A stretch of 60,833 bases of DNA, counting the filler, from Asterionella formosa (Eukaryota), in assembly GCA_002256025.1 (NCBI GenBank). It is 15 parts of 15 records of this genome, joined end to end, with 100 filler letters (N's around TTAATTAATTAA, not from the genome) between each part and the next. Parts side by side here need not be neighbours in the genome. Positions count along the whole stretch, not along the records: positions 1 to 3,971 come from NKIB01013793.1; positions 4,072 to 8,042 come from NKIB01013794.1; positions 8,143 to 12,111 come from NKIB01013795.1; 12 more parts are not named here. One strand, written 5' to 3'. The translations under genes were made by a program, and so were the position numbers. The notes under the pieces are model-generated. The model did no database searches. It saw only the letters and a program-made list of their open reading frames with translations, and was not told where the DNA came from. Positions 1 to 11,496 of the stretch are shown here, piece after piece. Numbering within the stretch: the first letter of the stretch is position 1; every line of letters starts with the position of its first letter.

Positions 1-1003
1 TGCATGATGTACGTGAATTCACACAATATCTAGTGGAATTCATTGCTTGCCATTCAAATGTTGTTGTTGCTTTTCATCGTCATGGCCAACGAAAAATTAA
101 CGCTTGAGTCAGAGCTAAACTTGTTAACATCTACGTATGGTATTCCATATGCGCAACATACAAAACATACCGGCGTAACCACCAGATTAGATACATGCAT
201 GAGTGCTAACAACAATGCACTCATGACAGCAATAGAATAGCCATAATATTGTAACTCACATTTATTCACAATGAGGTTCCCCTCAACAGAGTTACAATAG
301 CTGTTCTCTCCATTTTCTGAACTCGTGCTATTGCAGCCTACATTGGCGGAGCCATCACTGTTTTCACGCACCTGTACACCACTGATTGCCTGCGTTTGCT
401 CGATCTGACTGGATATGTTTACAACAATGTACAATTAGGATATTGTTGGACTCATGGTCTCTCCAAGCACCCTGACCACACCAGTGCCACCTGTAACCAT
501 CCCTTTTCTGGCCATCAGCTTAATGCCACACTTGATTGACGCATGGGCGGCAGCGTCTGTATCTTCGGAGATTGTACCCTTACCAACCGCTCACCCTGTG
601 TCCCCCCCCCCCCCCACTGCCTATGCCACCTGCATCTGCAAATAAAAATATCGTACTTATAAGATCAGGGGTATCATACAATAACTGGCAAAGAAGTTTT
701 CTGTGCATGATACATATTTTATTATATGTATGATAAATTCATACTATGAAAGTGAACAGGCTAGCTAAGCTTACTCATAATAATCAAACCACAATATAAT
801 TATCAAAATATTGTCCTATGATGTAAATTCTTTTATCATATACTACCTATCTTTATATATGATGGTAACTCTAATCGAAATAGCTGTTAAAAATTGGTTG
901 AAATGGATTGTAATTTTACTGTTATATCAAGAAATCATTTTTATGTTTCTACATTTTGTGTGATTAAACAGCCAATGTTCCCCTTTTCTATTGTCTCAAT
1001 GGT

Positions 1004-1166
1004 CTTGATGCATGCCTCCCGCCTCCCTTCAATGCTCTTGATACATACCTCTTCCTCCCCTTCAATGCTCTTGAGGATGCCTGCCTCTCTCCCGCTTCCC
1101 TGCAATGCTCTTGAGGATGCATTGCCTCCTCCCTGTCTCCTGCCTTCAAATCTCTCGATGCATGCT
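1004..1166 (+). repeat. Degenerate ~30-40 bp tandem repeat
   Basis: About four imperfect units of cttga(gga)tgcatgcctc...ccttcaatgct. Confidence 0.7.
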
Positions 1167-1175
1167 CGGGATTAC

Positions 1176-1447
1176 TAGTAATAGGTACTTTTCACAGTAG
1201 CCATGTCATGTTCCTACTGGGTATTGAAACAAGGGGAAGAAGGGAATGCTGGTAGGGCAAACCAACAGTTTCACAGTACTAGCGTAGTAATAGATACAGT
1301 TTCACAGTAGCTACGTCATGTTCCTGCCAGGTATTGAAACAAGGGGAAGACGGGAATGCTGGTAGGGCAAATCTACAGTTTCACAGTACCAGCGTAGTAA
1401 TAGGTACAGTTTCACAGTAGCTACGTCATGTTCCTACCGGGTATTGG
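1176..1447 (+). repeat. ~109-bp tandem repeat, 2.5 copies
   Basis: Units starting tagtaatag at 1176, 1285 and 1395, with a shared core gtattgaaacaaggggaaga.gggaatgctggtagggcaaa. Confidence 0.92.
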
Positions 1448-1507
1448 TTGGCGTTTTGGTCCACCGTTAGCAACAGCCTTATTAACTTAAATTAACGTCG
1501 CTCCTCC

Positions 1508-2638
1508 ATGTTGAGACGAAACTTGTTTACATCCCGACCCAGTGGTTTGAAAACCACTGGGATGGAAGATATCTCAGACGAAAGCGAAGAAATGGCTGAC
1601 GAAGATGACAGTCACAGCAACAGTGACAGTTCTGATACTATCGAGAAACAGCCTGAATTTGAAGAGGGTAACAAGGATGACTTCAACAGCTGTGATATCG
1701 AAGAAATCCAGGGTGGAATGGGTACTGTCACAGAACAGCCTGGGATCTTGGAAAGCGAGGTTCTTTTAGCACTCGATGACGGTGTTCTCGTCAATCCACC
1801 AAATGAAACAAAAGTCGAGGTGTGGGTGAATAATTATTTTGCTACGGATGTCAAGACTGGAGAGGTTGAAGGTATTTTTTTGCGATTTGGGACAACGGAA
1901 TTTTGGAGGTGGCGGGAGTCTCATGTGGTTAGCAAAAGGTCGTCCATACTTTAGAGCTGATGGCATTCGAGTTACAAAGAAAAGATGCACATTTTTTCAT
2001 TCCTGTAAGTGTCCCTTTGTAATTCGGGAATTATTCAATACCAAAACAAATTTGACCATAATTGAGATTGGTGATTTAAAACACACACAACATAATGTTG
2101 TCAAGGATGGCATAAGAAAGCGTATTCAAAAATAATATCAGTCTGTGTCAATTACTTCCCCAAATAAATTGAACAGTTAATGAAAAATAGAAAAAGTGCA
2201 TGAAACAACAACTCACTTGCTTACGCAATAGATCAGCTGGGCTAACAAATGGTCAAGGGCTGTCCTTGAATTGTACAAGAAGGAAAATATCTTTAATTTC
2301 ACGCAACATTCGATGTACCTACTTGGTATAGACTGCTGACCAGAAGACAACTCTTTGGTAGCTGTACTGACAACTGAGAATTGTTGCTGAATGCGTACAG
2401 ACAGCAATGCTGGGTCAATCCAATCTTCTTTGCTGCTGATGCATCTTACAGACTGACACAAGAAGGAAACGGCGTTTTTCCAGTGATTACAACCAGCTTG
2501 GCTCAACAAACGAAAACGATTGCATATGGAGTGATAAGCCATGAACACCACAAAGCGCAAAGATTCATATTTGCATCGATTAAGTCTGCCTTGGAAGAGC
2601 TCGTTAGATATAGGAAAAATAATGATATTCCTACCTAG
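1508..2638 (+). pseudogene. MULE/Mutator-like transposase, N-terminal half (frameshifted)
   Basis: Acidic N-terminus, then a C/H-rich segment (CTFFHSCKCPF...HTQH) resembling a WRKY/FLYWCH-type finger, then the first catalytic Asp motif FFAADASYRLTQEG and helix SHEHHKAQRFIFASIK. Several frameshifts. Confidence 0.75.
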
Positions 2639-2683
2639 TAATGACAACTATAATAATCAATACTAGTTCTTTTCTAAATATAG

Positions 2684-3934
2684 TCATCCTTTAATATCTA
2701 AGTTACCTCCACGTTTCGCATGTTTGATTCGTCCAGAACCTTTATTCTTAATAGTAGGCTTTGGATGCATTGTCTTTGGAAAGGTTGAAATAATTCCACG
2801 GTAAAATGCAAAAGCACAAGCATGTTTACACCACGCTTTTGCTAAATACGTGTGACAATGGCAAGATATGAGGCCTTCATTTCCCATTGCTTTCAAGCTA
2901 TTAATTTTCAATGGGTCCCAATCCACACGCTCCCCAAATTCCTAAAATGTTAGTTACAGCATCATCATCGTTTTCACTCTTGGACACAATAGGTTCAATA
3001 AGGTGAAACTTGCGGGTGAGGGAAAGGACATCATCAAATGTGTGGTTAGCAGAATACTATTCAGGATTTTGGAGAAGGCGCTTGTAGTCATCATGCATTT
3101 TGTTCTTCTTTATCAATTGCATAACAATTAGTGCAGTAACTGATTCTGTGTTCCCGATATAAAGATATCTCTTTCGAGATTGGGATATTTGACTGTGCTG
3201 TGACAATGCAGATGCAGTATTCTGGGACTGCATTGTTTGCATAGAGGACATAATATTTAGGTCCACAAATGACGATGTCGTAATCAACAATGAACCCTGT
3301 CCGATTCTAATTGCATCACACTTGAAATCAAATGTCATTATGAGAAATATAGCTTCTCCATTTCGGCTTTTCTCAAGAAGCTTATAAATCGACTTGTAGA
3401 AATTGATCAAGTGTATCGATAAGTGTAAAGTGGAGCAAAATGATAAATCCCCTTTGGAACGATCCTCTAACATGTAAGACATGCTATGAATGAATTTAGC
3501 CATTAAAGGCTTCCTGTGGTCAAAGAATGATGTATCACCACTGTTGATGCCCTCTGAATTGTTGTGTGCAGGCAAACCACCACGAAGTAGATTGGAACTG
3601 TTCAATTCAACTCTGGTGTGAATGGTGGGACCCCATTGTTTCAATCATGCAGTTGCAACTTTCTTTTCTTTGTATGTGTTAGTCCACTTGAAAATAATCA
3701 AATCGCGAAGGATTGGAACTAGCTGTATCCAGGGACTTCTTTTATATGCCTCGAAGTCTTCAGCCATTCTCTTCTTGTTTTTGTCGTATTCCTTGATCTT
3801 TCATCTATGCTTCTTTACCCATGCATTCCAGGCATGATACCACTAAGAGCACATACCAAATGTAAATTTGGCATTTGGCCAAATCTTCTTGACAGCCTTG
3901 TGACAAGCTAAAGTATAATCAGTCATTGTCTGCA
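2684..3934 (-). pseudogene. MULE/Mutator-like transposase, C-terminal half with SWIM finger
   Basis: Minus strand reads MTDYTLACHKAVKKIWPNAKFTFGMCS*WYHAW (second Asp and CxxH-like motif), HNNSEGIN (catalytic Glu motif) and ISCHCHTYLAKAWCKHA (SWIM CxC...CxH). Contains stops and frameshifts. Confidence 0.8.
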
Positions 3935-3971
3935 TTATAAAGTCTCAGACTTTATAAAACGTAATCACGTA

Positions 3972-4071
3972 NNNNNNNNNNNNNNNNNNNNNNNNNNNNN
4001 NNNNNNNNNNNNNNNTTAATTAATTAANNNNNNNNNNNNNNNNNNNNNNNNNNNNNNNNNNNNNNNNNNNN
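3972..4071. other. Artificial contig linker (N44-TTAATTAATTAA-N44), first of 14
   Basis: Identical 100-nt spacer with stops in all six frames at 3972, 8043, 12112, 16180, 20247, 24316, 28383, 32452, 36515, 40561, 44618, 48676, 52731 and 56784. Intervening segments are 3946-3971 bp, roughly descending in size. Plain N gaps at 10220-10616 and 18016-18486 are within-scaffold gaps. Confidence 0.98.
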
Positions 4072-4434
4072 TGTTGATGAGGTTTTAATCCTATTGGATA
4101 ATCCTACTACCTTGGATAACCATGGACGAGGTCCTTATTCTATTTATTCAAGTATATGCCAATGGTACAGTTACTTTTCAACAAACTATGCATACTACGG
4201 AACGAATTAATATCCATTACATCAAACCTTTTCAAAGGTATAAGGTTTTCCCTTGGTGTGGGAGAGTGAGCGATCTTGCGCATCAATACAGATGTATATA
4301 GGGTTAGTGTTATATCATATATGTATGAGAACTCAATAATGAGAGAACTCGACTAACCCTCATTGTATACTTTGGTGTCGACTTGGAGAACGAGTTACAC
4401 ACAAGGATTAACAAATAAGCTCATATATTCAACA
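4072..4434 (+). mobile_element. Ty3/Gypsy 3' remnant: integrase C-terminus, PPT and probable short LTR (~4267-4434)
   Basis: Frameshifted GRGPYS-IQVYANGTVTFQ...ERINIHYIKPF (GPY/F module), purine tract gggagag followed by TG at 4267, possible LTR end ttcaaca at 4434. Confidence 0.6.
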
Positions 4435-5475
4435 AATACTACTACTTCTAGTTAGATACTTCACCTGGTAGTGTGCATGTTTACATTGGGATGTCGCACA
4501 CAATCGCGCCGTAATTATAATCCACCTCAAGAAAAGCGTTAAAGGAAGCTATATTAATTTGGAGTATAAAACATTATATAATATCGTATATGAATATAAA
4601 ATGTCGGCCCAGCTAAACGAGGTAATTTTATTTTCTTCCGATGTGCCTCACTCAACATTTTCGAAGTCGTTTATCTCACCAACTGGAACACAACATCGAT
4701 CGGGCGTTAAGCCATCCTAAATGTAGATGCGTGAAACAAATGACTTGTTCATAGTAAATATTGTCGTATTGCTAAAATTGAAAAAGTTTGTAGTACAAAA
4801 TGTAAGATTACCCCGTTATAGTGGTCTAAGCAGTTCATAGTGGTCTTAAGCAGTTTTTGACTGGTACCAGGTACCTAATTTCACCACGGTAAAATATTGT
4901 CGATACTGGTACCGGTAGTCGATACTGTCAAGGTACCAGGTACCAGGTACCATAATGTCCCGAGTAGGACAATACTAGTGGTCTACAGGAAAATACAACT
5001 TGGGTTGAATTTTACCAATTACAGGGAGGTACGGGAAACTCCATACTTCCTACGTGCAGAGACCTCGCTTTCTTTTTTTAAAAATCTTGCAAAAATCTAG
5101 TCTAGCGTTCGTCTGCGAAGTTCGCGAAGAAGGATGAAACTACTGGCATTACTGATTTTACCTACCGGTACACAGTACATCTAATACGTGCGGTTCAAGT
5201 TTGGCTGGCGTGACTTTACAAGACCGGAATACCGGTACTTCAGCCAATCTTGAGCCGGTAAGTAAATTCAATTCAACCAATCAGAATATGTGTAGTGACG
5301 CGGCAACGTACCCAGGAGTCTTTTCGGACTGAGAATTATGCAGCAAAACATACCTACGCAAGACTCCAAGCATACGAGAACGTTTTCGCACGCACACCTC
5401 GCAATGTGTTACAGCGGGGCCGCAACCTTACTCCCATGTCTTCGATGGACTCTAAACTCTTACAAACTCTCTTGA

Positions 5476-7513
5476 ATGAGTCGAGTAGCTAGGATACAGC
5501 TGAGGCGGGGACGCTTCAGAACTTTGAAAAAGTTGCAGCTGCTTTCTTGTTTCTCGCTTGTCATTTTGCTCGGTCAGCTTTTCCTAATCAAAATAGAATT
5601 TTAGTAAAACCATTTTTTTTGAAGCACAAAATCATTTTAATCCGCTTAGTAATGACGTTACCACGCCTGACTCCTCCGTGCTGGTAGTCGTTCCCGGTAT
5701 CGGTGACGTGAGCAGACTCAGGATCCTGAAAGCTTCACTCCTACAGCTTCGGAAAACTTCTTCTGCCGATTGTTTGGTTTTTGTGTGGAATGCTTCGGCG
5801 ATGGAGCAAGTTAAAGAAGAACTCCAATTTTGCCATGTCCAGTATAATTCTGGAATGTGGACTGATCATATTAAATTGGCAACCAGTGATCACCCCTCAA
5901 TAAACTTTGGTCGTTTGACACACGTTGCCATTTTAATTGATGATATTGATGTCAGCAACGTTCACTTCACCCAATTTTTGAATCTGATGACAATTTCCGG
6001 ATATGATATGGCCTCCGCTTCCTTTTCTCAGTGGCACTATCCTGTAATGCATAGAAGAAGCGTGTGCACTAGTCATCGATCGGATTATGCCGACATTCTC
6101 TTTTCCGTTTTCACAATACCCAAGTGGCTTTGTTGGCTAAGCTTGATAACTGAAGACAACAGAATAGGGTGGGGTTACGATCTTGTTCTTTCAGGAAATT
6201 GCAATGTAACTGTTGGTGTGATCGACGAGTTTGAGGCATTTCATGATGGGCAGTGTGAACATGGTGGTGACTGCACTCGGTCATATAATGAAACACTTGC
6301 ATTATCACAGCTCTGGAAGTTTATTATCGACTCAACCACAGCCACTAATGAAGACGAAGCACGTACTTTTCTTGTTGAAATCACCGCTAATCGTCCCAAG
6401 AACTATATGCTCTGTGACTTTTGGAATCCTAATTTTGTCAAGACGCTAAAGGAAAGTAACGCCATGAAATTTCATTTGGCAGATATCAGTTATTTTAAAA
6501 CAAAGAGCCATCGAAGTGGATGGGGACGCGTGATACAGTATTTGATTGATTCGAATCGTATGGTTGCGAATTCTGAAAAGATCGATATTGATCGAAAAGG
6601 TGGTAACCTGACCGACATATTTTTTCTGGATTTCGTAGAGAAATATTTTGAATGGGACAAGAAAGAGACAGTGAGAATGCCATGGGTTGGTATCATGCAT
6701 CTCGCTATGAATCTTCCCGTACACATTCATCAAGCATTACGCCTAGAGAGTGCATTACAAAACAGTAATTTTCTGGCAAGTCTTGAGCACTGCCTCGCTT
6801 TGTTTGTTCTGTCTGATGATGTCCGAACATTCTTGACAAAATATCTGAATTCTAATGGGTTTGAGAAAGTAGCTGTTTACACAATTCGACATCCAGTGAC
6901 AGTGGAAAGCAGTGCTGAAAAATTCACTTTGCAAGATCTTGACATTTTGATTGAGTCTTCAAGTGCAGGAGTTATCTTGCTTGGACAACAGTATAGACGA
7001 CTAGCCACAATACACACTTTAAAGACAACACGACAGAAGTTATGGCTACCAGGGGCACCAAAAGGCAGTGCTGAGGTAGAGATGATGAAAAATGAATTGC
7101 CTTCTGAGTTGGCAATAGATAATTCAACAACAATTGACCCCTCTGTGACGATGCTTTACACTTCGAACTTTACAGATTATGACAATTTGATAAAGCACAA
7201 CATTGTCATTATAGACCTTTGGGGGGCCACAGCCAATAATGCAATTCTGGAAATAATGGCTTTAACTATTCCTGCATACGTGAGAAGAATCCCATCAACA
7301 ATTGAGTATCTTGGTGAAGACTATCCCATGTTCTTTGACAATAAAGCATATATTGAGCATGGACTTAATCAAGACCCAGTTCTTTTGATGAATCGATTAA
7401 AAAGAGCACACTACTACCTCCAAAATATAAAAATGGAAAAACTGACACTCGAATATTTTTTGCGTTCTCTTCAAGAGAATACCCTTTCATCTTTTAAAGT
7501 CTCTGGTGTTTGA
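5476..7513 (+). CDS. Type II membrane glycosyltransferase-like fusion: DUF707-like domain plus HRSGW-type GT-B-like domain; 1-nt frameshift at 5599-5602
   Basis: ATG 5476 gives a basic tail and TM anchor (LQLLSCFSLVILLGQLFLI). Removing one T in the run at 5599-5602 joins it to the 611-aa ORF. DUF707-like motifs: ILIDDIDV, W.CW..I, GWGYD..L..C..VGVID. C-terminal motifs: HRSGW, PWVGIMH, NIVIIDL..ATANNAILE, EYLGEDYP. Confidence 0.7.
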
Positions 7514-7996
7514 ATCTCAAAAGTAATATATATATTTCTGCATACATGAGAAGACTGCCATCAACAATTGAGCATCATGGTGAAGACTATCCCATGTTCT
7601 TTGACAATAAAGCAGATATTGAGCATGGACTTAATCAAGACCCAGTTCTTTTGATGAATCAATTAAAAAGAGCACACTACTACCTCCAAAATATAAAAAT
7701 GGAAAAACTGACACTCGAATATTTTTTGCGTTCTCTTCAAGATAATACCCTTTCATCTTTTAAAGTTTCTGGTGTTTGAATCTCAAAAGAAATATTTTTT
7801 CTTGCATATGTGAGAAGACTACCATCAACAACTGAGCATCTTGGTGAAGACTATCCCATATTCTTTTGACAATAAAGCAGGTATTGAACATGAAATCAAT
7901 CAAGACCCAGCTATCCTGATGAATCAATTAACAACAGCAAAAATGGAAAATTTGACACTTGAATGCTTTTTGTGTTCTCTTAAAGATGATACTCTC
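7271..7996 (+). repeat. Tandem triplication (~265 bp) of the 3' end of the GT-like gene
   Basis: Units at 7271, 7537 and 7801. Copy 2 is near-identical (ORF 7510-7779); copy 3 is more diverged and internally deleted. Confidence 0.93.
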
Positions 7997-8234
7997 TTTG
8001 TTATATAATTATTACAACTCATCAGGCATTTTTCTGTGACAANNNNNNNNNNNNNNNNNNNNNNNNNNNNNNNNNNNNNNNNNNNNTTAATTAATTAANN
8101 NNNNNNNNNNNNNNNNNNNNNNNNNNNNNNNNNNNNNNNNNNTCTGGGACAAGTGCAAGGAGGTAATTCGCTCAGTTTGGATATGTTCATTTGATTTTAG
8201 ATTACAAAGTGCATGCACGAATACAGCATCTCAT

Positions 8235-9638
8235 ATGAGGCTACTCTATGGCCTTGTTTTCCAACTTTTGTCTGTAAACCATGGTCTCATCGCTGGATTT
8301 ATTGCCGGGCCGTCATCGCTGCATGACAGGGCTAATCATTGCCTCCATGCGAGCATTAGTCCGATCTCGTTCGAGTCACTGATAGACAAGCGAGTCCTAG
8401 TGGTGGGAGGATCTGGTAGAGTTGGCGGTAGTGTCGTGACACAGCTCATCAAAAGAGGAAGTCGTGTGACTGTTGGGGGCACCAGCAAAGATTCATTCCT
8501 TCGTTCACAAGCCAGATGGGCCGATGTCTTTCCGGACCTTGCTGACGCAATGGGGACTGTGTCTTTTCACGCATTGAATCGGGAGAGTGCGGAGAGTGTA
8601 GCCAAGGTATTGGATGCTGATTATTTTGATTTGGTGGTTCATACAGCTGGACCCTTCCAAGGAAAAGTTAATGTTCCGAATGGTGTACTCGCTGCAGCAG
8701 TCGATGCAAAGGTCCCATATGTGGATGTGTGCGATGACTACTGCACTGCAATGGCAGCCAAATCCAAATATGCAGCTGACGCACAAGTCCCCTGTATAGT
8801 GAGTACAGGATGTTGGCCCGGAGTTTCATCCCTCATGGCTAAACAACTCATTCAGAAAACCATTCAAAGAAATCCATCTTTAACACCTCAAGAACTAACT
8901 GTGGACTTTAGTTTCTTTACTGCCGGGAGTGGTGGTGCTGGATCAACTCTGTTAGTGGCCACCTTTTTGATTTTGGCTGAACAAGCACTGACAATTGTCA
9001 ATGGCCGCAGAAGAACCGTTCAACCCATGCGAGACTATAGCAAAGTTAATTTTGGCCCAATTGTTGGCGATAAGGATATTGCGCATCTCAATCTACTTGA
9101 AACAGCATCTGTACATGACGTCTTGGGAGTTGGGAATGTGAAATCGCTCTTTGGAACAGCACCAGGCTATTGGAATACTCTACTGGGAATCATGGCTCAA
9201 TTTCCTTCATCTGTGTTGTCCAATCAAGATCTCATGAGCAAGCTTGCGATATTTTCCTTGCCCATTGTACGAGTCGTAGACTATTTTGCAGGTGCTACAA
9301 ATGCAATGCGTTGTGATGTCACGTCATCCCAAGATGCAACGTTGAAAGTAACAGCCATTTACGCACATGAAAATCTAGAACCATGTGTCGGCGAATGTGT
9401 CGTAGCCTTTTGTTCGGCCATTTTGAGTGGAGTGGTCCAGCCGGGAGTGTGGTTCCCGGAAGAAGCTATTGAAGGAGGAGTAGATGCTGCCGCTGTGTTG
9501 AACCTGGCCAGTGTCGGAGCTCACACCGTTCAAGTGGAAGGAAGCATAGATTTTACTTGTGAAGAAGTTTGGGGCAAGACGAGTCCACTTATTGGGGGGC
9601 AGTCAGTACCTTGTATCAATAAGAATCTCATCGAGTAA
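8235..9638 (+). CDS. Plastid-targeted saccharopine dehydrogenase-like oxidoreductase (CPLD49/At1g50450-like)
   Basis: Rossmann motif VLVVGGSGRVGG, plus DLVVHTAGPF, YVDVCDD, TGCWPGVS and FTAGSGGAG. Signal peptide followed by IAG-F, an ASAFAP-like cleavage site. Intronless, 467 aa. Confidence 0.85.
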   Translation: MRLLYGLVFQLLSVNHGLIAGFIAGPSSLHDRANHCLHASISPISFESLIDKRVLVVGGSGRVGGSVVTQLIKRGSRVTVGGTSKDSFLRSQARWADVFPDLADAMGTVSFHALNRESAESVAKVLDADYFDLVVHTAGPFQGKVNVPNGVLAAAVDAKVPYVDVCDDYCTAMAAKSKYAADAQVPCIVSTGCWPGVSSLMAKQLIQKTIQRNPSLTPQELTVDFSFFTAGSGGAGSTLLVATFLILAEQALTIVNGRRRTVQPMRDYSKVNFGPIVGDKDIAHLNLLETASVHDVLGVGNVKSLFGTAPGYWNTLLGIMAQFPSSVLSNQDLMSKLAIFSLPIVRVVDYFAGATNAMRCDVTSSQDATLKVTAIYAHENLEPCVGECVVAFCSAILSGVVQPGVWFPEEAIEGGVDAAAVLNLASVGAHTVQVEGSIDFTCEEVWGKTSPLIGGQSVPCINKNLIE

Positions 9639-10616
9639 TAGAACAAACATGCTGCATCCTCCTTTTGAAATCATTTACTGTTATCACATGAGGTCGACAG
9701 TACTGCTTGAATTATGAATACAAAATCATCATTCGAACGATACAGCAGCTACCGGCATACCGGTAGTACAAGTAGTCTACCGGTACCTGGTATTGTTTCA
9801 ATAGCATGTATCTATTCTTTTATCTATGTACATATCGTGCGAGTTTCTGGCATATCGGTTACAACCCAACATTATAGAACGTATGATAGAATAATGATAA
9901 CGGTATTCTATCGACTAAATGATACTATCGTTTGTATGTATTGTTATCTATGATACATTTTTCCTTGGGTGTCAACAGGCATTTAGCTACAAGTGCAGTT
10001 TTGCTTTGTCACATACATATGCCGGTATGTATGTTCAAGGGGCGCATATGACCATGTGGTTATATGATATTTTGCGAGAGCAAGGACCAGGTGCAGTGCA
10101 CAACCCAAACAAAATTTCCCCCCATGACACTGGTATCTATGTTTTGCTCTGACTGCTCTCACTCGTTTGCCAAGTTGGGGTCTCCCTTCATGGCATGATC
10201 AGTTGTTGCATGGCTTCCCNNNNNNNNNNNNNNNNNNNNNNNNNNNNNNNNNNNNNNNNNNNNNNNNNNNNNNNNNNNNNNNNNNNNNNNNNNNNNNNNN
10301 NNNNNNNNNNNNNNNNNNNNNNNNNNNNNNNNNNNNNNNNNNNNNNNNNNNNNNNNNNNNNNNNNNNNNNNNNNNNNNNNNNNNNNNNNNNNNNNNNNNN
10401 NNNNNNNNNNNNNNNNNNNNNNNNNNNNNNNNNNNNNNNNNNNNNNNNNNNNNNNNNNNNNNNNNNNNNNNNNNNNNNNNNNNNNNNNNNNNNNNNNNNN
10501 NNNNNNNNNNNNNNNNNNNNNNNNNNNNNNNNNNNNNNNNNNNNNNNNNNNNNNNNNNNNNNNNNNNNNNNNNNNNNNNNNNNNNNNNNNNNNNNNNNNN
10601 NNNNNNNNNNNNNNNN

Positions 10617-11119
10617 TATGGTGCATTAAGGAACTTTTGCTGAAGACACAATGAGAGGAGCAGCATGGCAGTGAAGGCGAGGCTTGAATGCCCAGAAGGA
10701 AATGACATGTAAGCATTCTGTTCATCGATCGTAACCATGTCGTAAAAGTTAGGCCTAGGTTGGCGACAGGATAACTTGAGAAAATCGGTGACAAAACCTG
10801 TCATTCCGATGGCTAGAAACAGAGTGCAGCATCTCGGAAGGGCGTCAACATCATCGGGACGGACGAACCAATCAAAGACAGCAAAGCACAGAATTGGTAA
10901 TATGCCGCAAAGGACCAACAAAGCCCAGTTTGGGACCGTTTCCTGTTCGATGAATGGATGATTTAGATGGTTTTGTTCTGATAGGATTGCTTTCGTCGAA
11001 ATTAGTGGACAACTCAGTGATACAAGCTTGAAGAAAATATTCCCAACCAAACAAAAGCAAAAACAGGTGAAAGCAGAGGAAATCAATCGAGATCTGGTGG
11101 AGACGTTGGGAACAAGCAA
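10617..11119 (-). CDS. PAP2-family lipid phosphate phosphatase (partial; 3' end in gap, start uncertain)
   Basis: Motif 1 KLSCRQPRP, motif 2 SFPSGHSS, an ETVP motif and several TM segments. Confidence 0.8.
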
Positions 11120-11392
11120 CAGTTTTAGTTAGTTACATTATTGGAGAAGCGAAGAGTCTCTGTAACTGGTAGCACCCATTGCTCACGACCGTATACCACA
11201 CAGGGGCTTCCTCATAAGATTTGATAACGTACCGCATTCCAACAGCCGTCGTCATGGCGAATTCCATTCGGGTTTTGTGAGAAAGAATCTGAGAAAATTT
11301 GCACCGGACGATTTTGGTTCGTGGTACCAGGTACTAACAGTGCCAATCAATACCTGTCCTACCGATAGTAGCTGCTTGTGCGAGCCATTACC

Positions 11393-11496
11393 GGTACCTG
11401 GTACCATGTAGCTGATGTTGCAACCCTCGTCGGGCACCTGGTACCTGGTACCACGTAGCTGATGTTGCAACCCTCGTCGGGCACCTGGTACCTGGT
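11393..11496 (+). repeat. 47-bp direct tandem duplication bounded by GGTACCTGG
   Basis: ggtacctggtaccaYgtagctgatgttgcaaccctcgtcgggcacct at 11393 and 11440, with a partial third unit at 11487. Confidence 0.95.

Noticed and set aside
1..660. ORFs 43-240, 54-434 and 454-645 as genes or a LINE 3' end
   Set aside because: Stops in all frames and no recognisable motif; possibly decayed coding DNA but unassignable.
1176..1447. CRISPR-like array (also 55293-55743 and 11393-11496)
   Set aside because: Whole units repeat with no unique spacers, there are no cas genes, and the context is eukaryotic.
3972..4071. Regularly spaced TTAATTAATTAA as a biological motif
   Set aside because: Always centred in N runs; it is an assembly linker.
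10159..10794. Long ORFs spanning N gaps (also 17889-18587)
   Set aside because: Open only because N codons contain no stops.
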